From: Nemertoderma westbladi
Taxonomy: Eukaryota > Animalia > Xenacoelomorpha
Reading direction: 5' to 3'
Assembly: GCA_032718475.1 (NCBI GenBank)
Contig: JAUCBJ010001247.1
Location: 1-52,131 of the forward strand
DNA: 52,131 bases
The translations under genes were made by a program, and so were the position numbers. The first letter of the stretch is position 1. Each line of letters begins with the position of its first letter. The notes below the pieces were generated by a model. The model was not told the origin of the DNA, ran no database searches, and saw nothing but the letters and a program-made list of their open reading frames with translations. This document shows positions 1 to 10,801 of this stretch, in pieces.

Positions 1-1614
1 GGCAGTGAGAAAATCGTCTATAACATGGTTTGTTCCAGTGTCTCTAAACATTTGTAATGATGTTTGCGGGGGATTTATTAGCTCGCGATTGGGTACTGTA
101 TAAAATGCGGCGGCGCTAGCAATGTGCTTTTGAACTAATTTAGGGTTTGATGTAGGTTCTAAAACGCTTTCAATATCGGCATATATGCAAAAGGGAGGGG
201 ATAATGTCTTATCTAATCGATTGAATTTAATTTTTAATTTGTCAGGTGTAGGCATTTGTTCCAATTGTCGTTTGCTCGAGTAACATAGTTCCCGGTGAGT
301 TTGCAATGAGTTGATAGTATAAAAAGCTCTCAGACAACGCTCACAAATTGATTTGTTCTTTTGTCCTTGTTTTTTAATAAGTCTATTTAAGTTGACAATT
401 GCGCAGTAATGTCCTGGATTGTTTTGATTACCTTCTATAAACATTAAATTTAAAACAGTTTTTTGGAAGCAATGTTCTGAATCTGGTTGTGATAGAATGC
501 TCAATGTGTTATCAGTACTCCAAAATAATAAATTAATGCAGTACAAAGGGTTGGTTTCTAAAAAACGTGGGATGCCTACTACTCTATCTACTGGGAAACT
601 CATCGTACTGAAATCAAACATGGACATGTATGGGGTATATGTTGACAATCGACTAATGTTTTGTTTCTTTCTTTCAATTTTTTTATAACAAGCGGCAGCA
701 ACTACTGCGTACTTAAAACATTCCCCGATGGGACAATCTAAGTTAATAATGCACTTCTTCTTTGCTAAAATTTTAGGAATATAACCACCACCGTGTCCTT
801 TTAAATAGGGGTTGCGGTTGAAGGTAGAAATTTGTAAATTGATTTCTTTAATTGAAACAATATTCCAACCACTGCCCATGCAAACAAAGACTGCTATTAA
901 TTCATCTATTCGTTCGATAGTTTGCGAAAACCAGTTTTCAAAATCTAAATTAGAAGTTATTTGATTATTTGAAGCGTTTGATTTGAAACAGAAGGTTTCT
1001 AATTGAGTACCCTCAGATGTCTCCCTTTCCATTAAGATAGAAATAGTTAACCAAACTTTTATAAAATTAAATTCATTATTAAAATGTTGACTCACTCTAT
1101 CCCAAATATTACTTTCATTTTCTCTAAGTGTTAACTCTACATCTAATTGTGGTGTAAGTAACGTGTTTGTATATGTAAATAAGCGGTTGTGGGATGAGCT
1201 ATTCACGGATGGTAAAAATGGGTTGTTGCTCGAACCTCCAGTCTGTTGTCTTGAAGTAGAAGGGCCAACCCTTGGAGATTGAATGTTTGGTGGAGGTGGT
1301 GGTGACAAAAGCGCTTGAGATTGTTTGCGTTTCCGAGAGAAGAGTCGCGTATAGCAATCGTGTTCTTTAAAGGCTGATAGAGTGAATGATTCGCCACACT
1401 TGCAAGTGTTTTCTTCGTTGATAAATCTGAACCCAGTCCCACCTTGCGTACATAGCGCTAGATGGCTAACCATAGTTTTCTTATCGGAGGACCAGGTGCC
1501 ACAACAATCGCATGAATATTGTTTAAAATGAGTTGCGAGATGTTTGTTGAGATGATCGCTACGCATGTTCTTATTGCAGACGGGACAGTCAACGAATAAT
1601 GAAAATCTAGGCAT
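1..1614 (-). CDS. Polinton/Maverick (adintovirus)-type protein-primed DNA polymerase B, N-terminal 538 aa; open to the window edge
   Basis: Manual translation from ATG at 1614 (MPRFSLFVDCPVCNKNMRSDHLNKHLATH...) shows no stop down to base 1, so the ORF track missed it. It has N-terminal C2H2-like fingers, then MGSGWNIVSI, GYIPKILAKKKCIIN, ECFKYAVVAA, SFPV, CINLL, GHYCAIVNLNRL, ICERCLRAF..H..C and PFCIYADIESVL (ExoI-like). This motif order is typical of Polinton-type pPolB. Confidence 0.85.
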   Translation of the reverse strand, partial: MPRFSLFVDCPVCNKNMRSDHLNKHLATHFKQYSCDCCGTWSSDKKTMVSHLALCTQGGTGFRFINEENTCKCGESFTLSAFKEHDCYTRLFSRKRKQSQALLSPPPPPNIQSPRVGPSTSRQQTGGSSNNPFLPSVNSSSHNRLFTYTNTLLTPQLDVELTLRENESNIWDRVSQHFNNEFNFIKVWLTISILMERETSEGTQLETFCFKSNASNNQITSNLDFENWFSQTIERIDELIAVFVCMGSGWNIVSIKEINLQISTFNRNPYLKGHGGGYIPKILAKKKCIINLDCPIGECFKYAVVAAACYKKIERKKQNISRLSTYTPYMSMFDFSTMSFPVDRVVGIPRFLETNPLYCINLLFWSTDNTLSILSQPDSEHCFQKTVLNLMFIEGNQNNPGHYCAIVNLNRLIKKQGQKNKSICERCLRAFYTINSLQTHRELCYSSKRQLEQMPTPDKLKIKFNRLDKTLSPPFCIYADIESVLEPTSNPKLVQKHIASAAAFYTVPNRELINPPQTSLQMFRDTGTNHVIDDFLTA

Positions 1615-1619
1615 GTTTG

Positions 1620-2045
1620 CTATAAAATAAAAAAACTAAATAATAATAATAAGTTTGGGAAGGTTTCGCGGGGTTGATATTTATTTTGAGGTAATAATGT
1701 TAAAACTAAACGAATTCATAAAAACACAAATTTATTGTTCTTACCTGTAGATTGATGATGTTTGCAACAATATATTATGTATAACAATAAATGTATTACG
1801 TATAACAATCTTGAAGAAAATATAATATTATGTATAACAATAAATGTATTATAACTTTAAATAAAAAGTAAAATTGTCAATAATATTTTTGTAAGTAAAG
1901 TTCAAAGCGAAGGGTGGGGGTTTATAAGGGAAAGGATAACCAATGAAAATAAAAGTGAAGCTTGTGGGAACCAATAGAAATAAAAAGAGAGAGAGAGAGA
2001 CGCGCTATTGGATTGTGGGAATAATAAACACATTTCATTGGGTTA
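1620..2045 (-). promoter_or_regulatory. Putative Pol II promoter, non-coding leader exon and 5'UTR intron of the pPolB gene
   Basis: On the minus strand: TATAAA at 1926-1921; CCAAT/ATTGG boxes near 1940, 1971, 2007 and 2037; Inr-like TTACTT near 1895; donor CAG|GTAAG (intron starts 1744); T-rich acceptor ttttatAG|caaacATG (intron ends 1620). Confidence 0.5.
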
Positions 2046-2869
2046 ATTAAATGTAAAACATTAGTTAGGTTGGGAAATGGGATGAATTGAGAAGCGGGGT
2101 GTGCGTTGGAGAAAATTGCGTGTAATGAATGAATGGGTATGTTAATTAATGTTACGCTAGAGCATCTCTGAAATTACTTCAAACAAAAAACTGCAGTATC
2201 CACTGTGTAAGAGATGGTTGGGAATTAATTTGACACATGGCGTTTGGGTAGGGCTTTGTTGTTGAGCTAATATGCGCGTGGACTGCTTCGCAATACAATG
2301 CGAAAGAATGCAAACTATTGCCATACCAGATGTTTATTCTAATTTCTTGGATGAATTGATGTAATAACGAAGCTATAGGTTTGAATAATTTAAGCTCTAT
2401 CGCAGGCCCCATTCACGCAGGCCCCATTCACGCATTGATGTTTGGGTTAGTCATGCTACGGTTAATAAGAGCCCGAGCAGCCACAGATTATTGAGGGACT
2501 GAGCTAGGACCAAACTGGGGCCACTTTATTTTCGTGAAAGGGTATATTTATGTTTTGGGCCCTGCCGCGTCTTTTTATTTCATTCTATCATTCTACTGTA
2601 TGGCAAAAATAATACAAATGTATTGTATATTGTGTTGTATATTTCGTTTGTTATAGTACAATTTATTCATCGCGCGTCCCCTATCTGATTGATTTGTATC
2701 AAATTAAATTGCCTTTGGCAGCATTATTTGATACAAATCGATTGATTAAACAATTAATTAATTGTTTAATCGACCAATTAATTAATTGATTAATTAATTA
2801 ATGACCTACTTAACACCCAAGGTGTGAAGTGGGACCAAACTGTCGCAGAAGTAGGGTAAACCATTACTA

Positions 2870-4190
2870 CTGTGACTAATAGTGGGAGTGAAAGTTTCAA
2901 ATGTTCATAATATATTCCATCACAGCCGGATGCTTTACCATTCTTTGTTTTGTTGATTGCGTCTGTTACATCAGTGTCTTGAAACGGTTCATTGAACCAC
3001 TCTGCGGAATCTTTTGTACTGTCGATAGTAGCTTGGTTTGGAGGTTGTATGTTTGTATGATTTTGTTCGCCAATTAGAGAATGGAAATGGTCCTCTAATT
3101 TGTCTAGCTCGATGGGGGCTGTAGGAAAGTCAGTCTTAGTTCTCCATAGTGTCCATGGGGTTATCTCGGTTTGTTTTAAAGTTTCTATAAGAGTGTTTTC
3201 ATCAAAATTTGTCTTTTTGGAATTCAGAAGTTGTTTGTATTCAGATCGAGTAGCCCAATAATAATTGGAGTTTTCACCATTTTGTAGGAGTGTCATAACT
3301 TGTTGTTTCTTTATCCTGCATTCCTCGTCAAACCAAGGATTATGGTGGTGGGAAGTTTTTGGTGGTTTTTGTGAGGAAGTTGAAATAACATGTTGAATGT
3401 CGTCAGTTGCTGCGGCTAGCCTGTCAGAGAGAAGGTTGGATATGATATCGTGGTTCCTTAGTTCCTGTTCTAGAATATTTGTGTTTAGCTTGCGGGATAG
3501 TTTTTCGACTGGCTTATTGGCGTTTACATTGGTACCATACATTGTATCAACTTGGATATCAACACGTTGGTGTTTACGAATTGGTTTATGGTTGATTGAA
3601 GTGCGAGCTGTAATGTTAGACTGTGGTGGTGTGCGAGTGAACCACAGATCGATCGTACTCGAGCCCTGAGGCGATATATATGTTTTCTCAGTTGGATTAT
3701 TGTGGAGTATGAAGCCCAGACCCTGTAGATTACGTGTGAGATCTGCACCACGGTTCTCCTGAGAGTCTATACGGCAGTTGAAGTCACCTCCTATGTAAAT
3801 CGGTGTGTCTGGATTGGTATACGTAAGGGCTTTTCTGATAATAGTACATCCTCAACTTTATTCTCTGGATTAAAGTAAAATACTAGAATTGATCCAGCCG
3901 TTGTGTTTAGTACCATATAGTTTTCATTGGCGACAATTAATTTAGGTCTCAGTTCCGGTTTTGCCAAGATAATAAGCCCTCCATGAGGCCTTCCCCTATG
4001 AGACCTGGTTGCGGGTTGCACAAATGCGTAAAAATCAGGAAAAGAAAGTGATTCATTGCAGTAAATAGATTCTGTTAAAAGCACCAGATTGGAATCACCA
4101 GTGATATCTTTTAGTGCACAGTTTTCACGTACATATTTGAATGCTTCTATGTTCCAAAGCGACAGCTTAATGGTCGTCTGTTGTTGGAGT
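2870..4190 (-). pseudogene. LINE ORF2 remnant (APE endonuclease plus linker; RT lost)
   Basis: ORF track pieces 3791-4084 and 2790-3542, joined by manual translation of 3830-3543 in frame with the latter. Confidence 0.8.
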
Positions 4191-4198
4191 TGGGAATG

Positions 4199-4963
4199 TC
4201 AATCTTGAGCATTCGACGACTCGGCGGGAGGAGTGGGTAGGTCTCGTCGCCTTAACCCAAACTTCTCTCGTTCGTCGTTATTGAGTTTGTAATTCTTAAT
4301 CATGACTCCTTCTGGCCAGATATCGGGATTCATTAGTGTTTCGCGATCGTCTTGATTGCAGACGGGGTGGAAATTTCGGTATGCAGCAGTGGCGTCCGTT
4401 GGAGCTGGTCGTTCAATGACGGTGTCAAAGGGTAGTTTTTCGTCTTTTAGGAATGTCATTACATCCTCACTCGTTGTAGAGGGAGCAAACCTCCCAAGGA
4501 AGATGTGGGCCTTCTGGATTTGTGGGGTGGTCTGTGGAGCAGCTCGCAATGCGCCGCCAGACCGGCGCCCATAGGTAGCAATTGGTGGTTCTTGTCGTCC
4601 CGACTGAGCGCTATTTCCGTGGGGACTCGAGCGTTGGTTGGGTACCAGTACCGGGGGACTTTGTTGAACGGCATCTCGATACGAGCGTTGTCCAGTTTGG
4701 TTGATGTTCAACCCATTTACCTGGACTGCGCCCGACAGTTGGTTCGTTGGAGTAGATCGAACAGTGATTAAATCGTCTTTGGCTTTGATCGATTCTGCCT
4801 GAGCATCCGCGAGTCTGCCCAGGGTTGTAGTAAATATGGTTGACATTGCTAGAAGCGAGTCAGTAAGCTTTCGTTCGTCATCGATAGATACATTTCGTTT
4901 CCCCATTATCGAACGAATTGTGGTGAGTAGTTCATATTGTAATCTGATAAACTCATTCGCCAT
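4199..4963 (-). CDS. LINE ORF1 protein (254 aa)
   Basis: Helical N-terminus, SYRDAV motif, and C-terminal IFLGRFAPSTTSEDV...YRNF...LMNPDIWPEGVMIK, an RRM-like domain typical of LINE ORF1. Lies directly upstream of the APE ORF2. Confidence 0.8.
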   Translation of the reverse strand: MANEFIRLQYELLTTIRSIMGKRNVSIDDERKLTDSLLAMSTIFTTTLGRLADAQAESIKAKDDLITVRSTPTNQLSGAVQVNGLNINQTGQRSYRDAVQQSPPVLVPNQRSSPHGNSAQSGRQEPPIATYGRRSGGALRAAPQTTPQIQKAHIFLGRFAPSTTSEDVMTFLKDEKLPFDTVIERPAPTDATAAYRNFHPVCNQDDRETLMNPDIWPEGVMIKNYKLNNDEREKFGLRRRDLPTPPAESSNAQD

Positions 4964-5129
4964 TTAATAATATAATAATTGAGTGTTAGGCCTGTCTGTA
5001 ATTCGTCACCGGTGTATTCAAGTAGTTATTAAAGCAGTACAGGAAGCAGTACGAGTACACGTACTGGTACTGCTACTGTATAGGTTGCTACGGTCTGTAG
5101 GAGAGACTAATCAATAATGTACCATCGGC

Positions 5130-5560
5130 TATCGGATCCCATACCGACGCCAATATGTCTACCGGATCCCAGACCGACGCCAATATGTCTACCGGACCCC
5201 AGACCGACGCCACGTTGTCTACCGGACCCCAGACCACCGCCAATGTGTCTACCGGACCCCAGACCGGCGCCACACCGTCTACCGGACCTCGTACCGGCAC
5301 CACACCGCCTACTGGATCCCAGACCGGCGCCACACCATCTACCGGATCCCAGACCGGCGCCACACCGTCTACCGGATCCCAGACCGGTGCCACACCGTTT
5401 ACTGGACCCCAGACCGGCGCCACACTGCCTACCAGACCTCGTACCGGCGCCACACCGCCTACTGGATCCCAGACCGGCGCCACACCGTCTACCGGATCCC
5501 GTACTGGCGCCACACCGTCTACCGGATCCCGTACTGGCGCCACACCGTCTACAGGGACCC
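5130..5560 (+). repeat. 30-bp GC-rich coding minisatellite (about 14 copies) encoding TGSQTGATPS-like decamers
   Basis: Unit accggatcccagaccggcgccacaccgtct repeated with a strict 30-bp period, in frame with the CRE ORF. Confidence 0.95.
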
Positions 5561-8380
5561 ACGTATGGTTTGAGCTAAAGCTTCCACTGGTGGATATTTT
5601 GACGCCTTTAGATCTCGTCTATAAGAAAATAGTTCACTGGCGATCCAATTTGTTTCTGGTGCCTCAGGGTGCGGTTGGTAGACAACTAGTAGTGGAGATG
5701 ACACGTCTTGTGAACTTGTTTACAACGGGGTCCCCTTTACAGGAGGCTGCGTTAACAGCATTGATGTGTCTGCCTGCGTTGCTCCTACAGAAACCTAGCC
5801 TATCGTCAAACACGGCAACTCATCGAAAAGTTCTGGAACGCCGCTTAAATGATTGGAGAAATGCACATTTCACTGATTTGATGGCAGAAGCAAGCGCAAT
5901 ACAGGGACATCTCCCGAGACCGCCTAGACAACCGGAATCCCAAACTGAAGCTACGAGAAAAGCTTTCGTTCGGCATATGTTGACTGGAAATGTGTCAGCC
6001 GCTACTTGATGCCTGAGTCAGATCAACCGAGGTACTCCAATGAAACTCGATGATTCATTCGTCGACAAGGATGGTACAACGAAGGTAGTTCGTGATGTTC
6101 TGTTAGAAGAACACCCCGTAGCTACTCTGGCAGATAGTTCCGTCCTGCTTACAGAATTTGATCGCGCACCAGAGCACCACAGGGTGGTGTTTGAACGTAT
6201 CGACGGCCAGCTGGTTCTTTCCTGTCTCCTCCGAATGAAAGGAAACGCGGCAGGCCCCTCGGGCCTTGACGTACAGGGGTGGAAACACCTGCTGACGAAG
6301 TTTCGAAACTACTCCATGGATCTCTCCAACAGCGTTGCAGACATGGCGAAGCGGATCGCACAGGAGATTGTACCGAGGGGGGTGTTGTCATCTTACCTTT
6401 CCGCACGTCTTCTCGCGTTGGATAAGTGTCCGGAGATTCGGCCCATCGGCATTGGGGAGGTGTTACAGTGGGTAATTGGGAAGGCGGCGATGTTCAGCAT
6501 TAGTGGGGACCTTCAGTCCGTAGGCGGATCCACCCAGCTCTGTATGGGACAGAAATCTGGTATCGAATTCGCCATACACAGCCTTAATGACGCATCCGCC
6601 GAGGAAGAATGTGAGGCGATACTCCAAATTGATGCAACTAATGCATTCAACATTCTTAATCGGGAGGCCGCCACACACAACATTAGCCTTGTCTGCCCAT
6701 CGCTGCACACAATCGTTGTAAATTGCTACGCAGAGCCATCGAACTTGTTCGTGGGAGGTGAGTCTATTTTCTCCTCGGAAGGTTCCACTCAAGGAGATCC
6801 GGTGGCGATGCCAATGTTAGCCTCCGGTTTAACTCCATTCGTAGACGAACTCGAGACAGCGTGTACTGTGAACCAGAAATGGTTTGCAGATGATGGAAAT
6901 GCGGCGGGTTCTCTAGTTGAATTGTGGAAGTTTTGGGATGTTGCTGTGAGGCGGGGTCCTCTATACGGATATTTCCCCTCGAAATGTCGGTTGACGGTGA
7001 AACCTGACAAGCTCGGTGAGGCTGAATTACTCTTTGCCGGCATGGACATCGTCATAGACTCGGTTGGCAGCAAGCTTCTTGGGGGGGTGATCGGTTCAAA
7101 GGAGTTCAAGGAGGAGTTTATCCTTTCCAAGGTAGATGAGTTCGCGGAGGAGGTGGATCGACTCGCTGATATCTCCATGATGGACCCTCATTGCGCGTAC
7201 GCGGGTCTAGCTTTCGGACTGTCGTGCAGATGGCGGTTTCTCGCTCGGGTTATACCAGGCGCCATCGAGCAGTTCGATAAACTCGAGAAATCGGTGACGG
7301 CCGCTCTCTGTCGGATAGTCGACCGGCCGGCGTTGACCACGGCGGAACGACAGCTGCTCTCCCTCCCAGTCCGTGCTGGGGGGATGGGAATCCCGGTTCC
7401 GTCCGATCTGGCCACTCAGTATGACCATTCCAGGTTGGTTTGTGAGCCACTGAATGGCGCTTCCTCTGGTGATATGGCAGACGTCAGGAAGGAACAGCTA
7501 CTCGCCGCCAATCGTGTAAAGGTACAGGCTGGCCTGCAAACAAAAAATAAAATCGCAGTTTGTAACGGGGACCTGCCGCTAACCCAACAAAAACTAAGGG
7601 AATTAGTTTCAGAAAAGGGGGCGTCAACCTGGCTGAATACTAAACCGGTTACTATACATAACACTCACCTGTCGAAAGAGGAATTCCGAGATGCATTGTG
7701 TCTGCGGTACTGTTGGCAGCCAAAGTTGGGTCGCGATTTTCACCCACCCACGTCCTGTCGTGTCCTACTGGAGGATTTCCCTCTATCAGACATCGAGCCG
7801 AGACTTCATTGCCAACGCGTTAACCGAGGTGGCTAACAACGTAGCCATAGAGCCAATGCTGCAGCCCTTGACAGGCGAGTCTTTCCGGCACCGGACCACG
7901 TCTACTGACCAACAGGCCAGGCTCGACATCTCAGTCAGCGGTTTTTGGGGAAACCGGTATGAGAAAGTTTTCCTGGATGTGTCCGTGTTCAACCCCTTAT
8001 CGGAAACGAACGCGGCGATGTCGTTGGAAGCAGCGCACTCGCACCACGAGGCACGCAAACGCCTCAAGTACGAAGACCGGATTCGCGAGGTAGAACTGGC
8101 GACATTTGTGCCCCTCATCGTTTCTGCATTCGGTGGGATGGCTACGGCAATGCGCCAGTTTGTGAAACGGCTGGCATACAAGCTGTCGGACCGCCGTGAA
8201 ATCCGGTACTCTGACTGTGTTCCCTGGATCCGGAGACAAATTAGTTTTGCGCTTCTGCGGTCCAGTCTGATGTGTCTTCGCGGGGTGCGTTCCGCATCCA
8301 AGCGGCCAGTTCACCACGCGATATTGGACACCTCCATACGGCTGGCGAACGCGGACACGGACTGTGGGGTTGCTGGGTAG
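5155..8380 (+). pseudogene. Single long CRE ORF broken by an in-frame TGA (6007-6009) and frameshifts/deletion near 7720-7800
   Basis: ORFs 5155-6009 and 6040-7836 are in the same frame. The RLE domain continues in another frame (7691-8380). The first CxC of the zinc knuckle is missing. Confidence 0.8.
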
Positions 8381-8570
8381 TTCAATTGGGTAGTTCTGTT
8401 ACCATACCACTGACAGACTGCTGCGACGGACAGGATTAATAAATAATATTAAAAATAGTTTGAATTTCCCCCGTAAATGCTAAATGTATTGTGTAGTATA
8501 TATTTGTTGGCATTTTGCTTTATTAAATTGACATTATTATATTACAAGAAAAAAAAAAAAAAAAAAAAAA

Positions 8571-8935
8571 TTATGTACATACATACGTCTGATGAGTACT
8601 CCTGTACTGACGTACATATTATTTAGGTTTAGATGAACATTATGTATGTCCGATGGGGTACAAATGTACTAACGTATATACAATACATACTTCTGATGAG
8701 TACACCTGTACTAACGTACATGTTATTTAGGTCTAGGTAAACATTATGTACATCCGATGGGTACAAACGTACTAACGTATATATGTACATCTGATGAGTA
8801 CACCTGTACTAACATACATAATATTTAGGAGTAGGTAGACACAATTATGTACGCTTGTTGAGTACAAACGTACTAATGTATATACAATACATATGTCTGA
8901 TGAGTACACCTGTACTAATGTTCATAATTCGTACT
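8571..8935. repeat. Diverged ~100-bp tandem repeat (about 3.5 copies) built from GTAC-n4-GTAC subunits
   Basis: tctgatgagtac recurs at 8588, 8692, 8790 and 8896. Confidence 0.85.
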
Positions 8936-9424
8936 ATACTTAAGCTGGGTCAATGGGACCAATAGTAGTACATAATACGTACTATATTTAGGATTAGAAG
9001 GGTATGTAGTACCACATTTAGTACACACAGTGTAGTACCACATGTTGTACCAAGGCATGTGGCGTCTCTATTTAGATGATCGCCCCTCCTCATCACTCAA
9101 TTTTTAATTGGATACCTTTGTCCAATCTCATCACCTCCTCGTCACCTCATTAGTCCCATAGGACTACCTCCACCCGGCTCGCTCCCATATTTCCGAATTT
9201 CGCGCCCTCCATCCTTCCTCAAACCCTCATATCTCATCACCACACTCCCTTTTACTCAACCCCTTTCTACTCTCAGTCTCGCACTCCTGTAGGGTCCTCA
9301 CAATCTTACACATGTGCACACATATGATAAGTGAGTCCCGTCCATTGTCTCGTCCTCCTGTTTCAGTCAATAAGTCCCCCATCCTAGTAGCTAGTTGAGA
9401 AAGTTATATTTGACTATATACTAC

Positions 9425-9855
9425 TATATTTGTATGACGGTTCGAGTGTTGTACTACATTATATATTTGTATGACGGTTCGACTGTTGTACGACATTATA
9501 TATTTGTATGACGGTTCGAGTTTTGTACGACATTATATATTTGTAGGACGGTTCGAGTTTTGTACGACATTATATATTTGTATGACGGTTCGACTGTTGT
9601 ACGCCATTATATATTTGTATGACGGTTCGAGTTTTGTACGACATTATATATTTGTATGACGGTTCGAGTTTTGTACGACATTATATATTTGTATGACGGT
9701 TCGACTGTTGTACGCCATTATATATTTGTATGACGGTTCGAGTTTTGTACGACATTATATATTTGTATGACGGTTCGAGTTTTGTACGACATTATATATT
9801 TGTATGACGGTTCGACTGTTGTACGCCATTATATATTTGTATTACGGCTCGACAT
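9425..9855. repeat. 37-bp minisatellite (about 11.5 copies) with a 111-bp higher-order trimer
   Basis: Unit tatatttgtatgacggttcgagttttgtacgacatta. The variant gactgttgtacg(a/c)c recurs every third copy. Confidence 0.95.
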
Positions 9856-10209
9856 TATTTCCACATAATCACCCAATATGTTATTCTAACTACGGAGGAT
9901 GCTAGACAATTTGATTAATCTTGATCTACTTCTTCAATTTGGTATCTCGCAATTTTGGAGGCCAGCCAAATACATGAGTTCGAAAATATATCAGAGATAT
10001 AGGAGGCCTAATGAATGTTAATCATTCAATACGCCTACAGGGCAGTGTATTTTTTTATTTGATAAGGCTCCATATTGTGAGAAGGCAATTATTTTCATAT
10101 CTTCATTGTAGGATTGATCAGTTTGGAAGCTTTAATTATACTCTAGATATTAATAACAACAAAAATTAGAACCACTCGTGATTCTAACATCAGTAATATT
10201 TGCAGTAGG

Positions 10210-10801
10210 TCATTTAATAACCTTAATTTTTGACAATGACGATCGCAAATGACATTGTTTTAACAATTTACAAATTTCCTTCCTCCACTGACTATTCAAA
10301 ACTGAGTAAACAATAAAATTAATGTTTCCATTGATCTGAATGCAAATTGAAGAGATTGTATTTAGCGAAGGTAGGATATCATTGAATGGCAGAATTGAGA
10401 ACTGCGCTTCCAGTAGTATAGTTAGTGATGGTAACCATAACAACATCCATATCATAACGGTTGACATCAACATTAATGTAATACGTGAATCTGCTTCACT
10501 ATTGTTTTTATGCCTTTTATTCACAAGTTTATATATAATGATGCCATTAAAGCAGAAGAGCAGGGTAAATGTGACACCCATCACAATACTAAACCCCATA
10601 TAACAAATATTTCTTGGCTTTATATCCAGAAGACATTCGTTCACCACTGTTTCTTTCGTAATATTATATATCAAACTGCGACCAATTAAACAAGGCAACG
10701 CATTTGCGACTGCTACTATGTAACTTATAGTTATTCCACAAACAGGAATAATTGCAGATATAGTTTGCATATATTGGTATGGAAAGGATATCGCTATAGT
10801 T
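10210..10801 (-). CDS. Class A (rhodopsin-like) GPCR, last coding exon (ICL2 to TM7 and C-tail)
   Basis: Acceptor attgcAG|A completes the Arg of SLDR. Encodes TIAISFPYQY, TM4-TM6 (LLWLP) and TM7 NGNINFIVYSVLNSQWR; stop at 10210-10212. Confidence 0.85.

Larger units (their letters stand above)
2870..5050 (-). mobile_element. APE-type LINE (CR1/L2/Jockey-like group), 5' portion only, truncated at the start of RT
   Basis: ORF1 followed by an APE ORF2 (LSLWNIEAF, LLTES, GRPHGGL, IGGDFNCRID, KTYISPQGSSTIDL), then NPWFDEEC and the RT entry motif KASGCDGIYYEHLK, after which homology stops near 2870. One frameshift near 3840. Boundaries approximate. Confidence 0.85.
5100..8570 (+). mobile_element. 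CRE-clade non-LTR retrotransposon (RT + restriction-like endonuclease), decayed, with poly(A) tail
   Basis: RT motifs IRPIGIGE, QLCMGQKSGIE, IDATNAFN, GSTQGDP, WFADDG and LPVRAGGMGI. Then KGASTWL...LSKEEFRDALCLRY, a partial zinc knuckle (THVLSCPTGGFPSIRH in an alternate frame) and RLE motifs RLDISVSGFW, FLDVSV, HEARKRLKY, FVPLIVSAFGG. A22 at 8549-8570. 5' boundary uncertain. Confidence 0.85.

Noticed and set aside
5088-5578. Alternative-frame and antisense ORFs over the 30-bp repeat
   Set aside because: By-products of a GC-rich repeat. Only the frame continuous with the CRE ORF is supported.
8585-8925. Hammerhead-ribozyme-like CTGATGA followed by a GTAC..GTAC stem in each satellite unit
   Set aside because: The stem is followed by TAAC/TGAC/TAAT, not the required GAAA, and I could not build stems I and III. 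A covariance-model search would settle it.
9425-9855. CRISPR-like 37-bp periodicity
   Set aside because: Units are contiguous with no unique spacers, there are no cas genes, and the context is eukaryotic.
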